Positions 1 through 13,444 of a stretch of 64,000 nt of DNA are shown here, in pieces. A program made the position numbers and the translations under genes. This stretch comes from Lama glama. Its lineage: Eukaryota. Positions within the stretch are counted from its first letter, which is position 1. Every line of letters begins with the position of its first letter. A model generated the notes under the pieces. The model was not told the DNA's origin and made no database searches. It saw only the letters and a program-made list of their open reading frames with translations. Location of the stretch: contig CM052817.1 in the NCBI GenBank assembly GCA_028534125.1, positions 59,894,001 through 59,958,000 of the forward strand, in the 5' to 3' direction.

Positions 1-686
1 AAACCTATGAAGAAAGAAAAGAATATGTGTCAACACTAAAATTAGAAGAAAAGTCAAGAAAAGTGGGGACTGAAGAAAAAAAGGGATTAATTTAATAATG
101 ATTTGTGACATGTGATATGGTGGTTATAGTAAAATGATGGTGATTAGAGAAAGTATGATGAATAAAGGAAGTTGAAAAGGCAATAGTGTAACTCTAGGTA
201 AGAGAGATTCAGATGAGAAATCAGTGGGATAAATGATAGACAAAAAGAAGGAAGAGCCTGAATCCATGGGCGAATGTAGGGGTTGCTATGAGAGGAAGTT
301 CTCTTAAAATGGAATGAATCAGATTCTAATGCTCAGCTACAATGATGACTGCTCAAGAGTCTGAAGGAAATAACGAGTGGTACTACAATAACACAGGGGG
401 AGTTTGAAGGATTGAGGGAGCAACAAGTAATGTCCCAGACTAATGGAGGGCAGTGTCTGCTTTATTACTGATCAAAGTTGCATTGGAAAACATGGGACAT
501 TGCTTAGAATGAGCATGCTAGGCTTCTTAATTTTTCACCTTGAAATTATATAGACTTCTCTGCATGTCTCAAGTGCAGCTGAACAACTCCAATCTTTCCC
601 CTTCTACACCCAATTAGGTTTTCTCCAGTGAGTTTACTTGTGGCAAGGTATACTTGTGGCAAACTTGCTCAAAAAATTTAAAGAAT

Positions 687-730
687 TGGGGGAGGGAAGA
701 GAGAGGGAAAGAGGGAGGGAGGGAGGGACA
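687..730 (+). repeat. Purine-rich (GGGA)n/(GA)n low-complexity tract
   Basis: gggggagggaagagagagggaaagagggagggagggagggaca. Confidence 0.8.
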
Positions 731-3700
731 GGCAGTACCAGATCTACTCTCTACTTTGAAATCAAAAATAAGTCGCTTCTCCTTTGGTGGGGAAGGATAG
801 AGCAAAGCTAAGAGGTCAAACTTCTTTCTTAAACATTCCCACCCTTTTTGGAACTAAGAATAAGGATTACCACTTGTAGCTTAATCTCTAAGAAGGTTCC
901 ATGTTTATTCCCAGAACACATCTGCATCTGGCAATCTGTGTAAAAAAAAAAACATCATAGAATTCTTCCACATGAAGAATTTTATAATGTGATTTAAGTT
1001 AATTTTTCTGACTGTATTAACTGTCTTTGATAGCATAGGGAAGGACAGTTTCTAGTTAAAAGCTGAGGAGTGTTGGTCTAGAGCCTTGAGCTATACACAT
1101 CATGAACAAAAGTTTTTGATTAGGCTAAGATTCTATCATTTTTTTGGAGAGAACTTCAAATGTAAACCCTCTAGCATTTGTATACTTTTATAATCCTCAG
1201 CCACATACAAATGTGACCTATAGGTATTTGTATAAAATGCTTTGATTTGCTTCACTTATTTATTAATTGAATAAGTCATATTAACCCCTTACATCTATTA
1301 TTACTGATGCAATTTCCAAAATCTTTATCATTAACTTCTTTATCCATCTTGGAATCACGGTGTCAGGATATCTTGAACTGAATGAGTTGGCTGTATCTAT
1401 TTCAACAACAGCGTATTCGACAGCATTATTCTAAACAAGAAAAAACATGTGAAAGTTACAGGGTTAAGTATATATTGACAAGCAATTAAAAACAGAAAAG
1501 TGAGGATTGCTACTGAGTAGAGTGGTTGTCCATGGCAGAAAAGCTGTTGATGAAATAGAAAAGGTTTACTTAGGTAAGTACCATGTTGCTAGTAATAATT
1601 TTAGTAAAGATAACATATTCATTAATGTGAGGGGGAAACCTGTTCTGACATGCTTTATGAGGCAGAAAAATGGAAGGAGTGAAATAATTTAGAAAATAAA
1701 GAATCCATCCTAAAATAATAAATATCACATGAATCTGACTTCCAGGTCTTCTCAAATCCTTTGAAATGTATAAAGTTCTGTACAAGTATAAAGTCTTACT
1801 AAAGAAAATTATTCCAAATTTATAGGCAGAGTGAGAAAAAAACAATTTGGGAAATTATCATTTAGGGAAGTTTATGTCAGAGACATAGCACATCAAGAAA
1901 TGCTGAGATAATTTAATCAAGCAATTTGCTTGTCATCATGATCCTTGAATATTGTTAAGCCATTTATAGCTAATATAGTTTTTGATGGAATAAAAACTAT
2001 GCATGGGACATTTTTCACTTCCCCATATGCAAAATGTTTTCTTTGTTATAGTGGACTAATATACAAAAAGAAGTTATAATAAATGTAGAGAACTGTCATT
2101 AGTTACTCGGTTAGATGATCAGTATAAATTTTCTCTCAATCTCTAAATAGAATCGCCATCAAGAGCCTGATGATCCAATACACTTCTAGTTCTTCTATTA
2201 CATACTTGTGTCATGTTGGACACTATTTTCATATGCCTGGTCTTCATTTTCTCAACTCCTATCCTTTGTTTTCGATCAACCAAATTATGGTAGATTGATT
2301 TTATTGTTTTGATCAGAGTCATTAAAGATATTTAAGAAAGAAAAAGACAGCAAAGATTAGATTGTAATTGTTTCATGAACGTATGTGATAAAAAAGCAAG
2401 GGGTGTTTTTCAAAAGCATGATAATTTTGAGATTGGGATCTGGGGTTGAGAGTTGTATGAGGAGAAATTTGGAAGCATGATTTCCTTAAAGTACTAAATA
2501 AAGGAGAGTCTTGAAAGCTAAATTGAGAAATCACAGTATCTTTGATATCTTTCTGATATGGAAGGCTTAATTTGTCTGAGAGAGTGAATATATAGAGAGA
2601 ATGGAAAATAAAATGTCAGATTAAGCTATGAAAAACATCTGCAGTAGAGTTCGTGTTGAAGTAAAGTAGCACTAAGATATTATGTAATAGGAGTAAATTT
2701 AGATGGACAAAACTATAAAGTTAAGGAAGAAGAGCATTCTAAGGTGGAAGAGATCATTTCAGAGTGAAAGCTATAGAGATTCAAGTAATATTCGGGATAG
2801 AAAGAAGCTTAGTTTTAATTTCATTGAGGATAGTGAGAACCCATTTCAGTAGTGTTGAGGATATTACCAGATTGCAAAAGAAATGGAGGGAAAAGAGGGT
2901 GTGAAAAATGAAGGCATTTGGCATACATGATATCTTCTAGGAGTTTGGCAATGAAGAAAAATAGAGAAAAACTTCCTAAAATATTGGAATGAAATTTTCT
3001 TAATTGCATACTGGCAAGATCTAGAGGCTTTTTATCTTCTCATCTGTGGTTTGTTAGAAGTAAAGATGGGTTTTCACATTTTCACATTCTATCTTCTCAG
3101 ATTTGGTTTCCAAGTCATGTTGAAGATGGAGTTGTCTTCAAAATTTCAGGGGTGTGATATTGCATAGTGGGCCACAGATGCTCCTCACATCTCTAAACCT
3201 TTTTTTTTTTTTTTTGATTTCCTTTTTCTAGTAAAAGTTTGTATTTCACCCTTCTCACTTTCCCTCAGTTGTGAGAGGCTGCTGCCTGAGCTCTAAATTT
3301 TCTGGCAGGTGGTCCTCAGGGGTGGCTGCTGTAGAGCCCCTAGGTTACAAGAATCTATTTCTCTTCTCTGCTTCACTTCAACAGTTTAAATTCTTTGGCC
3401 TCTCTGACCCATGACAGAACCTGAAGGGCACCCAAATCTGGGCTGAGATGTGATCTACAGGGAAGACTGAAGCAGTGAAAAAGGCTCTGTTATGGACAGT
3501 TTATATGTTCTAGGCTGAAAAAAAGGGCCAATAGCATAGAAGTATCTTGAGAAGGATTCCCTTACAAGTTATAAAATTCTGATAACAAGAGACAAAAGTA
3601 AAAGGTCACTGTACATGCTAAACATTTTCCACTATAACTCAGTAAAAAAATGTTAAAAAAAGATTTTCCAAAGTCTAATGCCCATTTTAATGTAATTTCT

Positions 3701-3918
3701 ATAAAGACTGATTCCTTTTTCTTTCTCAGATATAAGAAAGACTTAACTTAAAAATGAAAAGCATATTTTAGATAATATGAAATACATGCAAATACATTTG
3801 TCCTTCAGTATTTTAACAATCATTGCACTTAATTAAAATTAATTACGATTTATTTGAAATAAAAGGAAATTGAAGCTAATCTTTATTGGATTATTTGTTT
3901 TTCCTTTAATTGTCACAA

Positions 3919-4258
3919 TGTATTAGTGGTCTACTATCATCTAACAAATTACCCAAAACCTCAATGGCTTACAACCACAAACATTTATGATCTAATAGTT
4001 TCTGTGGGTCAGGAGTCTGGGTGCTACTAAGCTGGGTGACTCTAGCTCAGAGTGCCTTTCAAGGTTGCAGTCAAGTTTTCAGTCAAGGATGCAGTCATTT
4101 CAGGGCTGAATTTAAGGAAGATAGAATTCCAAGCTCACTCAGTAGGCTGTTGGCAGGCTTCAAGTTCTCACTGTCTGCTGGCTAGAGATCATCACTGCCT
4201 TGCCTCGTGGACCTCTTCATCAGGGGTTTGCAACCTGGCAGCAGGCTTCCTTCACTGT
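3919..4258 (-). mobile_element. MaLR (MLT1-type) LTR fragment
   Basis: Starts tgtattag...aacaaattacccaaaac...atttatgatctaatagtttctgtgggtcaggagtctggg...gctggg...gttgcagtcaag, the typical antisense MLT1 end. Confidence 0.75.
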
Positions 4259-4959
4259 TTGTTGGCAAATGCTGAAATAAAACCAAATTGTCAATATTTA
4301 TGATAAGTGCATGCATATTTGCTGTACACTAGAAACCTTGATGTCTTATTCATTGAAAATATGCTGCATTAGTTTGCATAGACTCACAAGGCCAGAATTA
4401 TTTCTAATTGTATTTAATTGCATTCCTATAGTCAGTCTATGTCTTATCAACAGAAATCTGAGAATCAAACAAATAATTTCCACCTGAAAGTTTCCTTCAT
4501 TCTATTTCTGAAACCAACAGTGTTTCCTGTATTTGGCCAGCCCTCTCCCAAAAGCTTGACCTTGCATAGCATTGTTCCTGTGAGATGAGGAACATCATAG
4601 ATATCATCTTAAAAAAAAACAACTCCATCATTTTGTATAATGCCATGTATAATGCCATATATAAACATCTGGGTGGGAAATTTGAAAGAGTAGATGAAAA
4701 ACAGATCAGTTAGAGAGCTATGCATGTGTCCATGTAAATGGTGGCATCTGGGTTATAGCCATGGGGAGAACAGGCTATATTTTTAAAATGTCATTCTCCT
4801 ATTCAAAAAACTTCACTATCTCATTCCTTATTTTTAGAAAGGCCGAACTCCTAAGTTGAACTTTCGTGAAACTAATGGTCAGATTTTGTACTGTTTTTCT
4901 AAAAATAAATGTAAGAGACACTATTTTTCTTATAGTTAATGCAAGAAGCATTTATTCCA

Positions 4960-5295
4960 CCTGAATTCACTCTCCCTACCTTTTATTCTTTAAAAATCAA
5001 ATTTATTCTTCAAGTCATTGCCCAAACGCTGCCTTCTCCAGTAAAATTTTCCTGAGCCCAGCTGGTTATAATCCTCCCATTTCTGATCTCTCCATGTCTT
5101 AATTTTTTTTTCCTATTTGTTTGTTTCTTGGTGTTTTCATCAAAGGCACCATTAAATACTGCTTTTTATGACAGTTGGGTTATCTAGCTCTGTACCACCA
5201 GATCATATAGTTCTCTAGGCATTTATATTCTCAATGTCCAGCACTGAGCTTTACACATAAGGCACATTTAATAAATATTTGTCATAAGATAAATG
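4960..5295 (+). mobile_element. L2 3' end fragment
   Basis: Ends ccagcactgagctttacacataaggcacatttaataaatatttgt, like the L2 3' terminus. Confidence 0.55.
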
Positions 5296-7056
5296 GAGAT
5301 AATGAATTCATTGCTAGAGCTGATTAGTGCCCCTGGAGCAACTGATCTCAAATATATTTGTTGCACAGGTCAACAGTAGTTGAGACAATGACTAGTATTA
5401 CATCTCTTAAGAGCTGAGTAAAACTTTTAATAACTTTATTGTGGCAGGAAACCTAGCCCATATTCATTTCAACATTAGCTGTTTTCTAGTTTTCAACATA
5501 ATTTATGTACGCCTTCCTTTTTAAAATCACCTAGAAACAGTTTGACTGTTTTATTAGTTATGCCAGTTTCCATAATCTGTGAGTAAATTATTTCTATCTT
5601 GCATAATTTAATCTTACTGTATGTCAAAACAGTTTGGTAGATGTTATACAAGTATACCTTCATATGCTTACATTATATGTAGCATTTACTAATATATGCT
5701 TTTAAAGCGTATATATGTGTAGAGCTGCTTTTCAGACATCATACTGTCAAGTATTGGTAGGCTGGTTATTGACACCAAATTCAGTATCTAACGCTGAGAA
5801 AGTCATTCTTGTTTTTTTTCTTATTATTGTTAATTTTACCAAATACTTTGTTATCTTCCATAATCAGAGACGTATGAGTCAAAAATATCATTCTTGGAAG
5901 TTAATCCTATTAAGTCTGCTGGCTATGCATAACCCAGAGGAAAGATCAAATGTCTTTACATAAGTACTTTAAATTTGTATGTGAAAACAGAGACCTAGTT
6001 CCCATTTCTAACTTGGCTGCAATATTCCTACTTAAGTGAGAGGTTTCCATACAAATAGGAGAAGCCATTATCAGTTACTAAACCCTTGAGGTCTAATAAT
6101 AACTCAGTCATAGCGATTGCATAGAAATTTCAGAGTGTTCAAGTATATGGAGAAACATCATCATCACCTAACAATCAATTTTAAGTTTTACCAAAATTAA
6201 GATTTTTAAAATTTATTTTAAAAGTCAAAAAGAGATTCAAATAATTACTCTTAATTTACTCTAAAAAGGAGGAAAATTTTTAGCATTTTTCTAATGTCTG
6301 TATTAGTAGAATATCTTTGGCTTTAATATCATTGTTAAGCAAATGCAATATTGAAGGGAAATGACATTTTAGGAGCCCTAAGGGAGGAATGGATCTCCTC
6401 TATATTGCATAATCTTGAAATGGTGCAGCCCTGATGAAGGACAAATGTGGAGAAGGGAGGTGAGGGGAAGCTGCTGGATGAAATGCAGATGGACTCATAC
6501 TGTGCCAGGTCCCAAAGCTAATCCTTACTCACATGCTTTAGAAATAACCTCACTTTGGGTTCCTTTCTCCGTACACATCATACAACCTCAGCATGGCCAA
6601 GGGAAAGCAGGAGCCAGGTGGATTTTATAATGAGGTTAATGAGCATTAATTCTGCTCCTTTGTCTTTTGAAGCCTTTTATAATCTGGGCACATTCTTTCA
6701 AGGCAATCATATTTTATTCTTTTTCCCAAACCCACACTCTGAAGTTCAGTTAAAAAGGGGATTGGGTGTTGGTTTGGGAGTGAACTGCATAAAGCTAAAA
6801 AGCCCTTTGTGATTTTTAAAAGATCCTTTATTGTCTCACAAAGGTGTAGTGTCACTATATACTGTTCTTTAAATCCATTTATCTGCCTAGAATATCCTCT
6901 CTTTACTCCTTTATATCCTATTTATTTTTCCAGACCTTGTTCAAGTTCACCTTCTCCATAAAGTTTTCTAATTTTTTCACTCTACTTTCAGTGAATTATA
7001 TCCTCCTTTGAAATCTTTTAGGAATATTGCCTGGCTCTTCTAGCATAGTGTAGCAC

Positions 7057-7305
7057 AGTATTGCCCAAAATGTCTTTTGAATATTCCAATTTGAAATGGG
7101 ATTTTAGAAGTTAACTAATTTGGGGGACTGTCACATGTTCCGTCTCACTGTTGGATACTTAAAAAGCACACTAGCATATCAAAGGGTTTGGAAAGTCCTG
7201 TTTTAAATAAGCTGTTCACTTTCTTTAACTCAGCATTTTTAAACTTTTACAACATTGTATCCTTATTTCATGTAATAACTATTACCTTCCTACAGAATAT
7301 GCTGG
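7057..7305. mobile_element. Non-autonomous hAT-Charlie (MER-type) DNA transposon relic
   Basis: cacactagcatatcaaagggtttggaaagtcctg...ctgttcactttctttaactcagcattt resembles Charlie-derived MER interiors; subfamily not assigned. Confidence 0.5.
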
Positions 7306-8669
7306 AGTAATAGAAGTATACACAGGTTTGGGGGCCAACTTGTGTTCAAACCTTATTTCTGTGGCTCACTAACCAATCTTGTGTTAATTACCTAATCCCT
7401 CTAAGCTTCTGTTTTTTGCAAAATGAGAAATATTTCATACAAAGTAAGAAACACAAGTAGGTTCATATTTCTTCTTCCACAGTTTGTTTCCTTGGAGGCT
7501 CTGAAATTCAACTGTTTCATGGAGCTTAGCATATTCTCTTCATGGAGGCAGAAAATACGTTGTGTGTGCACCTTTTAAATATTAATATAATCCTTCTAGG
7601 TTTAGTTCAGCCTGAGAAAAGCTTCATAGTGTGGCTATATTATTTTGTTTACATTCAGTATTCATGATACAAAAGATGTATGTATGTTAGATTCAATGAA
7701 AATAATGTTTTTTGTACTAGTTCCAATTTTGAATACCTCATGTCACGATTTTTTACACTAACCATACAGTTTGGAGTTGGTGGATTTGGGGCTAATTTAT
7801 ATAATCTCACAAATATGTTCGGGCTCCAGTATTTTGAATATAGAGACTGTAGATATTCTCACTACTGCTAATGCATACGTGGAAGATCACAGTGGACTTT
7901 GGTAGTTGGATAATTCAAAATATTTATGAAATTATTATTTGGAGAGGTTCTGTGTTCTCTGAAAGGCTAAGTGGCCAGGCCTGGGGTACACTTTAACACA
8001 AATAGTAAACTCACTTTAAATAGGCACATTCAGATATACCAATGAGTACCTTTATTCTGTCTAGATATATGTTTGTTTTTCTGACAAAGTTTAGATTGTA
8101 GTTTTCAAAGAAGATTCGTTTTGCTTTTGAATCCATTTCTCACAATTAGTTTAATGATCCATTCTTGCCTGGAGGGCCTCATTTGTGGGTTTTCTCCTTG
8201 GTAACAACTGGAAATCTCCTAGGAAAGAAAAGTTGGGTTTACTCAGACTGAGGCCATTGCAATTATGAACAGGGAAAATTCAGTTTTGTGTTTTACTCTG
8301 TAGGCTATTGATGAAATTACTCAGATTTCCACCAGGTTAATGGGCACTGAGTAACATTTAAATGATACTGCAATATTCTAATAATTTCTAGCGCTAATTA
8401 GTACAATATCAGACCAGCAGTGAACATAATTAAAAACTTTTTCTCTATTTGAACCTACGTACCATAACTTTGCAAACAACCTAATGATAGATATTTCATT
8501 AAAGGTAGGTAAGCATAGAATTTTAATATAAATATTTTTACAAGTTATTTTCCAGTGTTTATGGTCAATTCTCATTATTTAGCATGGGCTGCTTTATATT
8601 CAGCCCACCCTCTGCCAAGTTCTCATGCCTAATTGTGCCAGCCTGGAGATATGTAGGGACACAAACAGG

Positions 8670-8860
8670 CAGTAGCCATTATGAGATGAACCTAGGCTTT
8701 GGAGTCCAATCAAGATTGCAGATTTTGGCTCTCCAACCCATTAATTTTCTTATCAGTAAAATCTACCTCACGAAAGTTAAGTAAAGATCAAAATAGGATA
8801 TATATGTAAAATACCTTACAGAGTGCCATAATCATAATAGGTACTCAAATACATTTAGTT
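8670..8860 (+). mobile_element. MIR SINE
   Basis: aggctttggagtc...atatatgtaaaataccttacagagtgcc...taataggtactcaaatac. Confidence 0.6.
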
Positions 8861-11837
8861 CTTTTCTATTAAATTATGCTATAGAAGCAGTTTACAGACT
8901 TATAATCGTCAATTATACATGATGTGGGGATAATATTTATAGTTCTAAATTAGCCAGGCCAACTCTTTTTTTCTTCACTGAGAATTGTGAAGTTAATGGA
9001 ATCATTTTCCCATGACTTTGAGACTGTCCCACGAATGCCAGTGCCTGTAGAATTAGAGCTATCAGAGTGATTTTTGTAATGGATTATATTGTAATCTCAC
9101 CACCATAACTCTCCCCCACCCCAACTTTCTAATTTAATGATTAAAAAGAGTAAATTTTTTAGGATTATGTGCCTCAGTTAAGTGTTTGGAAAGTTATGAA
9201 AATTAGAAGCTGTAAAGAAATGGAATGAGTTTTCTTTGCTGATACTGGAAGCACTTTTCCCACCATGACTTGCTTGTGGTGTCCTTCAAGAGCTGGTAGG
9301 TGTATCAACTATTCTGCCTCAGTAAGGTGTGAGTAATGTATAAACTAAATAATCCTTGGGCTGGAAAATTGATTCTATGCTTATAGTGAGTAAAAGCTTA
9401 ATAATAGGGATAATTTTTCCTTTGCAAAAGATAGCAGGGGAGAATTACGTATAATTCTAATCTTTCCACTACCTCTGGAATATGATTCTACTAGGAACAC
9501 TGACACTCAAACTTCTGAATAGTCACATATAGAGACACATGCACTTGAATGTTCTTAATTTTTATTCTTTAGTGACTGCCTAGGATATTGTTCCGCAATT
9601 ATAAATTTCCTTTAAAATTTTTCAGTGTATAACTAATGAGTAAAGACAGTCAACTCATTATTTTTTGTTTCAGCGATTTAAGTAAAATTAATTATATCCT
9701 AAGTATAATTGTGTCAAATTAATCATGTATTTTTGGTACCTTCCTTCTGGCTCCAACTTACTCAATTACTCTTACTTCTCTTTGTATTTTCTTGTCAACT
9801 GTAGCCTTTAGCTAGGTAATATACCTCCCTAACTCTCTTGTTTTCTTCTTTTCTCAACTTATCCTTCTTCTGCTCTTTAAATGTCTTAATTCTACATATT
9901 CCTTGAGAATATCCTTCTCTCAGGTAATATTCTCTGATATACCCATGAACTCTGAACCCCTTTGAATCTCTACACTGTTTACGTCAAATATTACATATTG
10001 GATATATTACATTTTATTATGTATTTGAGAATTTGAGAATTTGTGTCTGTCTTATATTCAGTACTAGATTATGAATTCAGTGAAGCCAGAAACTATGTCT
10101 GTATCATCTAATATTTAGGCTTTCTTCTACATGTGGCAAAATAAAACTCTGTAGGAGTTAGACAAAACTAAATTAATTTCACGTAAGGCTAACTTTTACA
10201 CAGGTATATGAATATGAATTTAATGTAATAGATTATGTATTTACTGTTATGCACATATAAATGTCAGGTACAAAAGCTGATTAAGAAAATATCCTTGCCC
10301 TTAAGAGCGTGCTTTTTAATGGAAAAGAGATACACAACCACTGCATTAGTACATGGCAAGATGTAATCATAGTAGGTTGATAGACGCTTTAATAAGTACA
10401 GTGAGCACTTGATGAGGGGTGAGAGAATTCAATTTTGGTTGGAGGAATGTGAGGTAATCCAAGGTTGTAACACTTTTGTTGGGAATTTCATTTGGACCTG
10501 TGGATTGGGTTCAGTATCAGAATGTGGTCCAGCTCTAAGAGTTCTGAGTCCTATATTTCACAGTTCACTTACAGTGAGGTATTCTTAAAAATCCAAGGTA
10601 GGATAAAACATTCCTTTCTCAGTGAAGAATTAGAGAATGGGAAGAATTCTATCCCTGATCAATAGCAAAGAATAATACAAATTTTAGATCCAAAGGAGTC
10701 TCTGTCATTCACAAGGCAATAGAAGCTTCATGAAAAGGGAATAAACCAACACATTTGAAATGCAGATACAATCCCTTTAGTTGTGAAGTATGTTATAGTT
10801 AAAATAATGAAGTCAAACCATTTGAAATTTCATACCTGTTTATGAAGTATATATTTTGCTAATACAAGGCCAAAAATTTATTTTTCTCGGTTCTAAAATA
10901 CACCCTATTTGTCAATGTAGTTGATGAGTCTGTTCATCAAAAGCAGGAAAGGCATCCCATTTGCTGTCCTAACAGCAAGTGACGACCATTAATAATTTTA
11001 ACTTTGAAATGATTAGTTTCTAAACCTGGATTGGACTCTAATTTTGAACTACAAATGTAAAATGGTTTTGATAAGGAATGTGGTTTTGACCAGTTATCTA
11101 ACTCTTTTAGGTCCTAATTTTCATCTCTAGATGTATAGTTATGTTACTTATTACTTTCATATGAGTATTTTGATAATATACTATGTTAGAAAATTATTAA
11201 TTTTACAATGATAAATTGGTGAGGGGATTCTCTGAAAATTTAGCTTATTTATAAGAAAGATCTTCTAGGCTGGAAAACATAGACAATATTATAAAATATG
11301 TGAATCAGGGCTGTCAATACGTAGTATTTTTCATCTAAACAAATTTTCAGTAGTTTTTCTGTTTACTGAATTCCTGTTTGCTAGGAGCTAGAAGCTTTAA
11401 ATATTTGCCTGCTTCATGATTACATTTTAAGAAAACCAAACTATTTATCTCATAGAACAAATTTTTAAAACATTAAAAAATTATAGGTTTTGCCCTTAAC
11501 ACACTTCATTTCTTAGTCACAGTACTTATGCCATTGTATTACTGTTTATATATCTATCTGTCTGTCTATCCATGTATCTATGTATTTATCTATTTAATCA
11601 TTTCTGTAACTACATTGTAATCTCTGCAAGACAGGGGTGTTGGAACAGTTTCTGCTACTAGTATTTCATACAGTGGTACATGCCTGGCATATGAACATAC
11701 TCATATGGTGTATGTTAAAGAAAGAAAAAAAAATCCTGTATTATTCTCTCATGTTGTGTAGGCTCAGTTCTAGTTGTTCTCAGATGCTAGTGAATTGGAT
11801 ATTATTTTTCATATTTTAAAGAGTCAAGGTAATTTAT

Positions 11838-12466
11838 TGTATTAGTTTGCTTTTCAGTGTATCCATTTACCACAAACTTGACATTTTAAAACACACACAT
11901 TTATTAGTTCACAGTTCTGTATGTCAGAAGTCTGGCATGGTATGGCTGGGTTCTAGGATGTCACAAACTGAAATCAAGGTATCAGCTGTGCTGAGTTCTT
12001 GTCTGGTAGCTAGAAGGAAAAGGAATCTGCTTCGACACTCATTCTTATGTTTGACAGAGGTCAATTTCTTGTGGCTGAATGTCGGAAGCTCTCCTTTTCT
12101 TGCTAGGGATAGCCAGAAGCCTCTCTCACCTACTGGAAGCTTCCTGTGTTCCTTGTCTTATAGCACCACCCAAATTAGAGCTAGCTACAGCATCTCAGAT
12201 TCTACCCGTGTTAGAATCCCTGAATTTCTTCTTCTGCTACCAGCAGAGTAAGTTCTCTGCTACTAAAGGTCTATATGATTATGTCAGGCCCATTCAGATA
12301 ATGTGCTTAATTTAGGATAAACTGATTTGGGACCTTAATTACACCTGAAAAATCCCTTCACAGCAATCCTAGGTTAGTATTTGAACAACTGGGAGAAGTT
12401 GTATGTGTGCTTAGGGTCAGAAAATCCTGAGGGGGGATGGGGCATCTAAGAATTCTTCCCACTATA
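11838..12466 (-). mobile_element. MaLR (MLT1-type) solo LTR
   Basis: tgtattagtttgc...ttaccacaaactt...atttattagttcacagttctgt...ctgaaatcaaggtatcagc...aactgatttgggaccttaattacacctgaaaaatcccttcacagc...aattcttcccactata. Confidence 0.8.
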
Positions 12467-12667
12467 CTGAGGATCAAAACAAATGGAAAAGCAATTTGTC
12501 CAATGTAGAACAAGGATTTGAAATCTAAGTACAGTACTTTGTAATATTTTGGTATGTGTCACCTTTTATAAAGTTTACACTAATAACCAAGCTAAGCACA
12601 ATATTGCATGTTTCTGCTGCATGTTGCCAGTTAATACAGACTCTTCTAACTTGACCATTGTTTGAGA

Positions 12668-13444
12668 TTTTTTTATTGTTGAAATATAGTCAGTTTATAA
12701 CATTGGTCAATTTCTGGTGTACAGAATAATAAGTTCAGTCATACATATATATACATATATTTGTTTTCACATTCTTTTTCATTATAGATTACTATAAGAT
12801 ATTGAACATAGTTCCCTGTGCTATACAGAAGAAACTTGCTGTTTATATATTTTATTTTTGGTAGTTAGTATCCGCAAATCTTGAACTCCCAATTTATCCC
12901 TTCCCACCTCTGGTAACTGTAAGTTTGTTTTCTGTGTCTGTGAGTCTGTTTCTGTTTTGTAAATGAGTTCATTTATGTCTCTTTTTTTTTAGATTCCACA
13001 TATAAGTGATATCATATTAGCATTTTTATTTCTCTTTCTGGCTATCTTCACTTAGAATGACAATCTCCAGGTCCATCCATGTTGCTGAAAAGAGCATTAT
13101 TTTATTATTTTTATGGCTAAGTAGTATTCCATTGTATAAATATACCACAGCTTCTTTACCCAATCTTCTGTCGATGGACATTTAGGTTGTTTCCATGTCT
13201 TGGCTATTGTACATAGTGCTGCTATGAACAATGGGGTACACGTATCTTTTCAAATTAAAGTTCCCTCTCAATATATGCTCAGGAGTAGGATTGATGGATC
13301 ATATGGTAAGTCTATTTTTAGCTTTTTGAGGAATCTCTATACTATTTTCCATAATGGTTGCACCAAACTGTATTCCCACCAGCAATGTGGGAGAGTTCCC
13401 TTTTCTCCACACCCTCTCCAGCATTTATTGTTTGTGGACTTTTT
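12668..13444 (-). mobile_element. 5'-truncated L1 (3' UTR plus ORF2 C-terminus)
   Basis: T-rich start, then agttccctgtgctatacag, tagattccacatataagtgat, catccatgttgct, ggctattgt...gctgctatgaac, cccaccagcaatgtgggag; track ORF 13200-13460 is the antisense reading of L1 ORF2. Confidence 0.92.

Noticed and set aside
1561..1580. tttacttag/gtaagt as a recursive splice site
   Set aside because: Perfect donor, but the upstream sequence is purine-rich with no polypyrimidine tract
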